NCBI GenBank assembly: GCA_965644315.1
Contig: CBFFRQ010000019.1
Location: 418,057 to 482,056 of the forward strand
From: Caecitellus pseudoparvulus
Lineage: Eukaryota > Protista > Bigyra: Bicosoecida
Direction of reading: 5' to 3'
Length of the DNA: 64,000 nucleotides
The notes below the pieces were generated by a model. The model did not search any database, was not told the DNA's origin, and saw only the letters and a program-made list of their open reading frames with translations. This document shows positions 48,101 through 58,485 of the stretch, piece after piece (the first letter of the stretch is position 1; each line of letters opens with the position of its first letter). The translations under genes were made by a program, and so were the position numbers.

Positions 48101-48369
48101 GCTGACCGGCGCAGCTCTGCTGCCAGTAGCCGTCACAGCCCTCTCACGGCGGCAGCACACGCCCACAGCAGCCCGTCGCTACCTCACTGCACGGCGAGTC
48201 TCTGGTTTTGGCACGGAGTGGCATTCGCTCCCATGCTTCGTGAAGGCGCGTCTGTCTGTGGCAACACACTCCACCCGAGCACATTCCACTCCCCGCGTAC
48301 TCCTCCCGCCCCTGGCAAATCCTGGCACGCCCCTCGTGCTCGCCCCCATTGCCCCCTTTCTCCGGCACC

Positions 48370-49681
48370 ATGCTGAGCAAGTCTGCCGCTGCCGCTGCAG
48401 TGGCGGTGCGCGCTGCCTCCACGCGCTCCGTCCTGGTGGTGCGTCGCAGCGCACAGGGTGCCTGCCAACGCGCACACAGCTCCGCAACATGCACCCTCTT
48501 GCGCACACAGGCTGCACAGAACGTCGGCGCCGTGCGCTGGGCCTCCAAGGGCAAGAAGGCCGACACCAAGGCCACCACCAAGGCTGCCGCCGCCGCCGGC
48601 GCAGCTGATGCCTCTGTTGCGGATGTCCTGGCCAGCAACGCTTCCCCTGAAGGTGCGTGGCACGCACAAGGTGCTTTGCAGTGGAGTGTCCACGCGCTCC
48701 CTGTGCCCTGGCGGCTGTGTGTGCGGCGCTGGGAGCGAGCCGTGTGCCGTGGTGCCGAAACGTCCGCTGCCAATTCCGCTTGCTGCCGCGGCGTGCTTCG
48801 CCTCCCCCACGCCGCGCCCCGCACTGCCACTTGCGCAGCCCTGACCAACCTGTTCGTGGACTTCGACACGAGCAACCCTGACGCCGACGCTGGCGCCGCC
48901 TCCCTCCCCATCACTGTCTCTGGCCCCCACGCCCAGTGGGTTGAGCTGGCGTACGCCGCTGCGGGTGACGTGAACAAGGACGTCGTCAAGGGCCTGTCAG
49001 GCCTCACAGCCCAGCTGCAGGTGCGTGCTTTTCACAGGGCGCGCTGTGCCGCCCACCCCCACCCCTGCACACCCGCGCCCCTCACTGCCCCTGCAGGCTT
49101 TCCACGACATCGTGTCTGGCGCCGACTACGGCATCTCCCGCTTCTTCGCCGAGGCAGACCACCTGCCCGAGGAGAACACCAAGGCGCTGAACCTGCTGCT
49201 GACGACGGACGAGCCGCTGAAGAGCCTGGACAGCATCAAGGACAGCGAGGTGAAGGAGTACTTCGTGGCAGACGAGCCGACGCTGAAGGCGTGGCAGACG
49301 GCCCGCGCAGACGTCAAGGCGGCCAAGCTGTCCGCCCCCGCAGTGTCCGTGCTGACGGCCATGGCGGAGGCGGGCGCCAGCTTCCGCCAGGCGCGGGTGC
49401 TGGAGGCTCTGCACGAGATCCTGGCGCACGTGTCCCCCGTGGCAGAGGTGCGCGTGGAGTCGGCGGTGGACCTCACCGCGGCGCAGAAGAAGGACGTGAC
49501 GGCGGCACTGAAGAAGTACCTGCCCGAGAACAAGAAGGAGATGAACGTGGCGTACGCAGTGGAGTCGGGGCTGGCCGGCGGCCTGGTGGTCACGCTGGAC
49601 TCCATGACCATCGACCTGTCCTCCACCTCCATCCTCGTGGCAGCCGCCACCACCGCTCAGTCCGGGGAGAACCGCCTGTAA
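48370..49681 (+). CDS. ATP5: mitochondrial ATP synthase OSCP (delta) subunit
   Basis: Mitochondrial presequence-like N-terminus; C-terminal VRVESAVDLTAAQKKDV..LAGGLVVTLDSMTIDLS; multi-exon; strongly GC3-biased codons. Confidence 0.82.
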
Positions 49682-49920
49682 ATGACCTGTCCACCGCAAT
49701 GCACGGCAGGGTGAGCGTGGGCTGCTTGGTTGGCTTGGGGGGCAGGGCGCATTTGTGCCTTGTGCAGACTGACGGCGCCCGATGACAAACTGCAGCACAC
49801 CCAAATACACACACTTGTACAATTTAGCGAGTGCAGCCCACTCACACCTGTGTGCCCCTTGGCACGGTGCCCTGCTCGCTTGCCTGGTGTGGTCCAGGTG
49901 CACTGCACTTGCGTGGCAGC

Positions 49921-51297
49921 ATGTTGGAGGTCACAGTGAGCAGCCCCAAGACAGTGGGCGAGAGTGTCACGGCCCATGTGGCGTACCAAATCACTTCCAC
50001 CGTGCGTGCAGAGCTGTAGTCCACGCGCTGGGCGCTTGGGGGCCCCACACCGCTGCCACTGTCTCCACGCCCGTCACAGAGCGACTTGCCTGGCTTCGTG
50101 AATGGGACGGCCCACGTGTCGCGGCGGTTCTCCCACTTTCTGTGGCTGCGTGGGGAGCTGGTGCGCACTCTGGACACGTACATTGTCCCGCCACTTCCCG
50201 AGAAGGCGGTGGTGGGGCGTTTCGAGGCAGGCTTCGTGCAGGCGCGCATGCGGGGACTGAACCGCTTCATGCGGCGCTGCTGCGAAGTGCCTGCCATCGC
50301 CCAGCACGAGGCCATGCGCGTGTTTCTCACCGCTACCATCACGCCCTTCAACGCGTACCTGTCCAAGACCGCCGCGGAAGCCAGCCAGCCCATCGGGCAG
50401 GCGTTCAAGTCTGCGTTTGACTCCATCGGGCGCGCCTTTGGCGGGTCCGAAGACGCCACGAAGCGCACCGACTCTGATATTTCCGTGGATACCTTGGAGC
50501 GCCACATCAAGAGCATGGCCCCTGTCCTGTCGGCGCTGGTGGCTGCGGTGGGCCGCGTGCAGGGTGCGGAATTCGAGGCCGCCCAAGGCTGTGCAGAGGT
50601 CGGCTCGGCATACGGCACTCTGGGGGCTGCAGAGGGAGACGCCCTGGGTGAGGCTCTGCAGGCAGTGGGACGCGTGAACCGCTGTGTTGGCAGCCTGACC
50701 GCTGACAGCAGCAACCGCGTCATAGGCTGGTTGCTGGAGGACATGCGCGATGCGTTGCGCAACGCAGAGGCTGCGCAAGCCATTTTCGATGCCCGCCGGA
50801 AGTACCGTGCCGAGCATGCGTCAGCGCTGGGGCAGCTGCAGCGCGCCAAAGCCCACGCCTCCAAGGTGGGCACTGGCGGCGAGGAGGGCAGTGCGGCAGC
50901 TGCCGCCGTGTCAGCTGCGGAGGCTGCCGAGTCTGAGGCGGCTGCCACGCTGCACCAGGTGACGCTGGACTTGGTGGAGCGGGTGGACACCTGGCGTGTG
51001 GCGGCGGTGGAGGACCTGCTGCAGCACTGGCTGTCGGCGCTGGTGGCGCTGGCCCGGCGCAGTGCCGTGGAGGCCCAGCTGTGGCAGGGCATTGAGAAGA
51101 CTGTGAAGGATGCCTCCATCGCAGAGGCGTCCTCGGCGCCACACTTGGGCAGCCCACTGGAAGAGGGGGGCGCCGCCGCCAGTCAAGCTGCTGCGCCTGA
51201 ACCGGCGCCTGAGCCGGCGCCTGAGCCGGCGCCTGAGCCAGCTCCTGAGCCAGCGGCCGGCGGAGGCAGTGACGGCGAGGAGGGCGGCTTCATTTAG
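49921..51297 (+). CDS. PX-BAR sorting nexin (SNX1/Vps5-like)
   Basis: HVAYQI, VSRRFSHFLWL, IVPPLPEK, FVQARMRGLNRFM PX motifs followed by a helical BAR-like region; intron 50002-50079. Confidence 0.88.
51196..51252 (+). repeat. 12-bp coding tandem repeat (PEPA)n
   Basis: CCTGAGCCGGCG-like unit about 5 times in the sorting nexin C-terminus. Confidence 0.85.
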
Positions 51298-51404
51298 GCC
51301 ACCTGCAACACTAATCTGTGTGTACGCAAATGCATCGTCGGACTGCATGCTCGTGGCCGTGTTGTGGGGCTGCGCAGTGGTTGCGCCGAGCTCGTGTGGG
51401 CACC

Positions 51405-52588
51405 ATGGCTGAGTTGGCGATTTCCGCAGGACGCCTCGCGTGGTCTGCGTCCACGAGCTTGGGCGTGAGCGTCAAGCCGTATGCGAAAGCCACAGAGCAA
51501 GTGTCTGCCTTTGGTCTGCCCCCTGCCTCTGCGGCACCCGTCAAGTTCGGCGAGTGGGAGGGATCGGTGGATGCAGGGGCGTCTGTCAACTGCCCTGTGC
51601 GTGGCAAGGTGCGCAGGATTTCGCACACTGCGGGCCACACTGGCACGGCGCTTGCCTCGCTGCAGATCGTGACTCTATGCGCACACAGCAGTGGCACGCA
51701 CACAGAGTGTGTCGGGCATGTGCTTCCAGGCACCGTCACGCTGTCCCAGCTTGGCCTGACGTGCGTACCACGCTGCAACGTCACTGCCGCCACCACCAAA
51801 CAGCGGCTTTCACCGAGCACGCACACACACACAGGGAGCACTTCTTCCCGGCCTTTGTCTTGAGCGTGACCCCCGAGCCATGGGAGGCCTGCAGCGATGC
51901 CTACGAAGCAGGTGCCGCCGGCGACAGCGTTGTTTCGTGCGTTGCCAGCGCCAACGCGGCCTGCTGGCAGCGCGGCGCCATGTGCACGTTGTGCGCGGCA
52001 ACCCCCACCCCTCGCAGGCAGGCATCTCTTGAGAAGGCTTTGGGCGGTGCCCAGCTGCCGCGCGACCTGCGCTGTGTGGTGCTGCGCACACTGCCCAATG
52101 AGCCAGCCAAGCGGAGCAAGCAGTGGAGCGGCAGCAACCCGCCATTCCTCTCACCTGCTGCCATGGCGTGGCTGCGCGCAGCTGGCGTGGAGCACCTCAT
52201 CGTTGACCTGCCTTCTGTGGACAAAGAAGACGATGGAGGGCACTTGTTGGCCCACAGGACGTTTTGGGGCATTGGCAAGGGTGGTGCGTGCCTCACGGGG
52301 GGCCCTGGCGCCGACAGCGCCGCCCCTGGGACACCGCAGCTCCCTGCTGCTGAGGTGGGTGCGGGGGGCGTGCCTCTGGCTTCGGCGGGCGACGACGACA
52401 GCGCCGTCATTGAGGCAGCACGGAGTGAAGGCGCGGCAACTGCGCACATCGTGCCGCGCACCATCACGGAGCTGGCGTTTGTGCCAGACACAGTGCCTGA
52501 TGGCCCTGCCATGGTGGTGCTGGCGGTGCCACTCATCGACGCGGACGCCTCCCCCAGCAACCCCCTTCTTGTGCCGTATGCTGAGTAG
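51405..52588 (+). CDS. cyclase / kynurenine formamidase-family metal-dependent hydrolase
   Basis: HSSGTHTECVGH metal-binding motif, VDLPSVDKEDDGGHLLAHRTFW, TITEL, DASPSNP; introns ~51597-51665, 51761-51834 and a probable third. Confidence 0.82.
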
Positions 52589-52767
52589 CCAAGCAGTCGC
52601 CTGCGCGTGCTGCGGGCAGGTCACAGAAGGCTCCAGAGAATACATCTCTCAACCCTCGGCGCACCCCCCCGCTGCGGTCGTTCCACGTGCCGTTCCAGCA
52701 CTCCGTCACGGTCTGCTGCCAGTGTTGCGGCGCAGTCAACCCCTGCCACCGTCACTGGAGGATGGCC

Positions 52768-53105
52768 CACTAGTAATTTGCAAGTTCAAAGTGTTTTTTA
52801 CTAAGTGAGAATCTTGTACTAGTGCGAAGACAATGGAAAAATATCGTGCTAGTGTGAGCATGAGGGTCAGTGTGCACGCAGTCAGCTGTGCTAGTGTCAA
52901 GTCCGTGCTAGTGAAGTGCTTGAAAGCCGCAGAGGCGATGTGAAATACTAGTGTGCTTGGGGTTTGCCAAAACTGCACATCACCCTGTTCACTAGGGGTG
53001 GGTTGTGCGCTAGTGCGTCAGACCTGTCCAAAGCGTCGCTAGTGTGAGCGCGGTAGGCAGGATTCACGAGGGCCAGCTGTACTAGTGAGGTGAGCTGTAC
53101 TAGTG
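52768..53105 (+). repeat. left subterminal (A/G)CTAGTG array
   Basis: About 11 CTAG cores in ~340 bp (52769, 52818, 52848, 52890, 52907, 52947, 52991, 53009, 53038, 53081, 53099), mostly CTAGTG. Confidence 0.85.
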
Positions 53106-56100
53106 CAGCAGCAAGCTCGAGCTGACGTTGTGGGTGGAGCAGACCTCTCTCGTACACACACCAATAAACACAATGTTGGTGCAGTCTTCGACTCTGTGTG
53201 CCATCTTCATCGTTGTCTCACAACTACCACGGCTTTTGTTTGGACCATGATCATGCTATCGGGCTAGGAAGAGCCCTGCGTCGACTGGTGTGGCGTTTCG
53301 CTTCTAACGGGTTCTCCGCGCCTCTCCCATGCGGAACCGGGTAGGACTCCCACCAGGTCCCCGGCCCCTGGAAAACCTACCATGACTTATGCTTAGGTTT
53401 GGCCGGCCCTGGCGCCTTGTGGTGGGCTTGTGCTAGCGGTGTTGGACGGCTTCGCCGTGATGCAAGTGCCTGGCGCACGCAGCTTCGCAACGTTCGCTGC
53501 CACAAGACAGGCTCGGTGCATTGGCATGGATGAAATGTGAGGGAGGCCTGATGAAAGGTGGTCCATCCGTGCTGCAGCATGGAACTTCTCTTGTCAGCCA
53601 GCGTGTGGCGCAAAGCTCTCACAAGCTCAGTGCTGCCGCGCTGTGATGGTCGGCAGCCAGAAGAGAACCGGGTCACCATCCGGCTCCTCTGTGTAAGTGT
53701 GCCCCTCCACTACTGTGGGGTGAACCACCGCTGGAGCGATGAGAACACTGCCACCCACTGCGTTGGCTGGGGGGGCGACATCCAGCGGGTTCACGTACTT
53801 CCATCCAGCTATACATGCGTGGGCCTCGTCTGGGTGCAAGAATGTCCCCAACAACACCACCTCCTCAATCGAGGCATCTTTCTCATGGTCCTGGGGTGCA
53901 TCACCAACAAGAGCAGCGACAGCACGGAACAACCCACTCCCAATGGCTGGCGCGGCTGCCCCTTGTTGCTGCTCCTCACGCACAACCACGAAAGCGGGGA
54001 AGCACAGCGTCGACGTGTTCCCGCCTGGGAAGCACATCAAGACGGTGCTGCACAGCCGTACTTGTCCCACCATCCTATCTCCAGTACCAACTGTGCTGGA
54101 GACGCTCTGCAGCATGGTATTCACGTCCCCTAGAGGTAAGACCCCATCCAGAGACATTCCGGCCACGCAGGGCTCCAAGGCTGCGCGGATTGTGCGGGCC
54201 AGCCCACTGTCTTCCCTGTCGAGCAGTTGCCAGACAGTGATTGGTGATCGGAGGACCTCGCGAGCCTTTGTTACAGGGGACAGGTACGGCATCTCTGGCA
54301 GCGGGCTGCCTTGCAGCAGGCAAGCAAGCTCTTCCCCAGCCACCTGTGATGAGGCGCTCGTCACCCATGCCTCGCTTACCAGCATGTCTCGGCGGATGGA
54401 TGCGTACGTCAACAACTTTGGCATATTGGCTGCCCCAAACGCAGAGTTGCACAGCTTCCACAGGCGGATGAGAGCGGGGTGCCGGCCCTCCCCGTTGTCA
54501 GTGTCCAGCGCTGCAACTACCCCAAAGCCTGCCACAGCTGCAGGAAGGTGCTGTATCTCGTGGGCCTTGGGATAGTGTGTGCTGGTGTCGCATGAAAAAC
54601 TACTCCCTCCGGACTTGGAGGCTGCCTCTTGCACAAGCTCAGCGATCAGCTCCTGCGTGCCAACCATCCGAGCTAGCCAAACCTGCATGCCAAGCAGGGC
54701 CGCTTCGTCCAGTGTGTCTCGCACATACATGTATGCCTGTACTACCAGTGTACAGTGACACAGCACTTGCACCATGGTGTGCAGCTGGGGATCAGCAATA
54801 ATGTCTTGGTTGTGTCCGACGATGAGTGGCAACCACTGCGCCCTGCTAACGCGCTCGGCCGACCGCATCATACCCCCAGCATTCTGCCGCCATGGCAGTG
54901 CTCTTCCTCCATCAAGCCGAGTTCCGTTTATGGTCACACCCTTGACGGCCTCCCATCGGCTTTTAAGGAGTGCTTCCCTCGCAGCAAGTCCTGGACCGAC
55001 AGTCATCGCAGCTAGGACAAACCTTTCGCAGCGGGCCGCTACAGCCCCCGTGTCGGCCGCGTGGATGGGATCTGGAGGCCTCAGGAAGCACAGCCGGGTT
55101 CCTAGTACCTTCTCAGCCGCTTCCCACGCGCTGAGTGCCCCTCTGCGATGTCCAGTGGCCGCGGCTGCCTCATCGCTGCCGGCTCCCTCTCCCCCTACCC
55201 TGAGCTGACAGTGTTTCAGCGATGCCAGCGAGGACAGCTGTGGACCGGGGACACAGCGACACTGCACGCACCGCCGATGGAGCAAGTCAAACTGATCCCA
55301 CGCTTCCACCATGTCCGCCGACAGCTGGATAATGCAAGGCATCATCTGCACATACTCCACCAGCTGCCTCGGGCGACTGTGTGCGGTCACCTGTGACACC
55401 CTGTACCCAGCAGACTTCAGTGCAAGGGACTGCTCTGGAGTCACCTCCTTGGGAATGCCGCCCATCTTCTGGATCGCGAGCAAGGGTTGGAGGACAAGGC
55501 TCAAAACCATGGACTGTGCTGCTTGTGCTGTGGCCGCAGCCGAAGTCAGGCCCGCCTCTCGCAGCACGTTGTCATCCTTGGGAAGTCTCTTTGGGCTCGG
55601 GGGCATGGCGAGCAATGTTGCCCTGTGCGCCTTGCGCATGGAGGCAGCATCCCCCGCAAGCGGCCAGAGCATCATGGGATACAATGCATGCTTCCCAGCC
55701 CCATCAGGGTGCACTTCGTCCATGAAAATGACCAGCGGCATGGATAGCGCCCCGCGCGCCTTGGCGCGTTCAGCCGCATTGCGCAGGAAGACGCCATTGG
55801 ATGGATGGCTCCATGTCTGTCCTGCCGCCCCAGCTTCGGATGGACGGAACTGTTTTTCAACGCTGACCGGATCTCTGAGGCTACAATGGCCAACCTCGAG
55901 GGGGGCAGGGAGCGAGATCTCCCCACCGCCCGGTAGCTGCAAGGCGTCCTTCATGCGTCTCCAATGCGCTGTCGCCAGCCCGTCTGCAAAGTGGAACTTT
56001 TCTTTCACCTTCATGGCAGCGCTATTGTGTGCTGGCAGCTTAAGTGTTGATGGGAACCACTCTGGACTGGCGACGCCACCTCCTCGGTGAGGGGCGAAGT

Positions 56101-56978
56101 CCTCCAGTGGTACTTCGGCAGCCGTGCGTATAAGCACGTCCCACAGTGGCATGGAAGGCACTTCGCACTGTCCACCTGCCAGTCCCTTGGGTAAAGGTAC
56201 AGTGATGGAGATCGGGGAGGGGGTTCCTTCCGCGGCGATCTCCAGCAGCTTGTCGATGCTTGGCACCATGGGACACTGTGGAGCTGTGCGATGCTCCTGA
56301 CGAAGAAGCACCTCAGAAGTCTTGATCGTCTTGTTGTGCTCCTTGATGATCTCCGTCAGCACACTCTTGCTGGCGTTGAAGCGCAGCAGACACTTGAGTA
56401 TGGTCCGGCCCATGCCCCCTCCAATGCCTCCACCACTACCCGCACTCTGTGCTGACAGCCGATCAGCGTGCGCTATGGCTCTGGCGACCAGCTCGGTGTG
56501 GCGTGGAGGGATGTGCTTTGCTGCTCCGGGTTGCTTTCGTGGTCCCCCGGTTGGCTGGGGAAGAGCTGGCTGTGCCATCTGGGCTTGGACGGTGGCGGCG
56601 ACAGGCTCAACAACCAAAGCAAAGGGTGACCCCCCCCCTTGTTAGGTCTCGTGAAACCTTACAGTAAGAAATTGCTGATTGACTACTGTAGGAGTTCAGG
56701 CTTATATCAGAAATGGCGAAATGAGGATTCTTGGGATATTTGAGTTGGGAACCCCACCAAAAACTGATCGATATGTACTTCATGCGGAATCAATCGCTTG
56801 CACTCGCCAGCCTGATGCAGGTTTTGCTGTAGGTCGTAGTGATTGGCAAGTGAGAATTGCGGAAATCGGTTTGCAGGAATAAAATGATACTTCACTCAAA
56901 TCCAACTCAGAGCATACTAAAAGCTGCACAACTTATCCCAGTACTACGGACTTTAGTTTTGGCTTGGATTCTTTCCAG

Positions 56979-58316
56979 ATGGCCGCCCATCCGGCTGGCG
57001 GGAGCCAGCATGGTTCCCAACCCCACTCAACAACCCCGAATGGCCAACAGGATGCCGTACAACGCGGAATCGTAAAACCCAGAGGAGTCCCAGTCCCAGA
57101 TGACGTTGTACTGACCCTTTTCGCAGTGAGTTTTGGCGCTGGATCTTGCTGCTGTAGGTGTGGTACCCCACAAACCCGTTTCAAATGAAACGCCTAGATT
57201 GCCTCAAGCTGGCTGGAGAAGAAAATGGACGAAGGTGGGTCCCTTGTCGATGCTCTTCCGCATAAAGCTGCAGAAAAGACCCAGTTTATCAAGTTCTTGG
57301 AGCGATTGATCAGCGCGGGAGCCGGAACCGTGGACGTCCCCGGTGGCGTTTCATGGCTGGTGCGGCCTGAGCATGCAGCTGCATACCTTGGCGTTCCAAC
57401 AGAGGGAAACGTGGGCCCTGCAGGGCTGTACTGGTCTGCTGCACATGCCCAAGCAAAGTTGTCAGCTTTCTTGGCAGACCGCAAGAACGGGAAGTCTGTA
57501 CAGAGGACTTTCCACAACCTGCAATTGAAGGGCAGACTGCGACGGGGACTCAAGGAAGCCATCCAGGCCCTTGAGCTTCTTGCAGAGCATGCAGTGGAAA
57601 ATCCAGCCGTGGCATTCCCAGAGGATCCAACTAAATGCCCTTCTGATCCAGCATTGCTCCCATTTTCAGCCTTGCTGCGGGTACATGTTCACAACCAGGA
57701 GGCTCACTCAGGTCCGTGCCTTGGCCCCACCCTGACTCCGGGAAGTGAAGAAGTTGCACGCTTCGCAGCAGCTTTCGGGTACATTCGTTACCATTCAGTG
57801 GTGCGCATGGCTGTTCGCGTGAACCCAAAGCTTGAGCGAAGCCGACGGAAGCGTCAGCGTACGTCCCCGGCCCTCGATCGACCACGGTCCAAATCGGTTC
57901 GAGGAGCTCAGACCCCAAGCCCGGGACAGGCGGGTACCCCTAGCAACATTGCTGATACGCTGGTTGATGAACTTACTGAGGCGGCATGTCAGATCGACCC
58001 CGCGGCAGTCCCCTTCTTGTCTGTCGAGACCGCTCTGTCTCTTGAGGAGCAAGACGCTGCAATCGCAGCAGTAGCACAAGCAACTGAGGCTTCAGCATCA
58101 AGACGCAATGCTGGAAACCGCGGCAGTGACCCAAGCGGTCTGTTTCACAGCGCTGCAGTGCTTCGAAAGGCTGCCCAACAAGCAAAAGAGTGCTTCGATG
58201 TGTCAAGGGACTCTCAACGCATGCACGACACTCTGAAGGAGGCTCTTGTCCAGCTCTTGGACAGGATGACGTCGATCGAGCAAGCAGTGACACGGATAGA
58301 GGCTCGTCTTGCATGA
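56979..58316 (+). CDS. transposon accessory protein (ORF1), copy 2
   Basis: Identical to 5707..7044 (offset 51272); intron 57126-57197. Confidence 0.7.
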
Positions 58317-58485
58317 TCCAGGGGACACACCTTTCACTCCTTCCGTCCCGAGTGTAAAGTCATTGTATTTGTTGTGTATGGTGATCAGAGGAGGGAACAG
58401 GAGCGAGACACGGCTTTGCTGATCAATGCACGCTGCCGGGTGGGCCAGGGGGAAGACACCATTGAGAGGGGTGGTGTCCTCGAGC

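Noticed and set aside
52768-53105. CRISPR-like array
   Set aside because: Repeats are only 6-7 bp, irregularly spaced, with no cas genes and a eukaryotic context; better explained as subterminal repeats.
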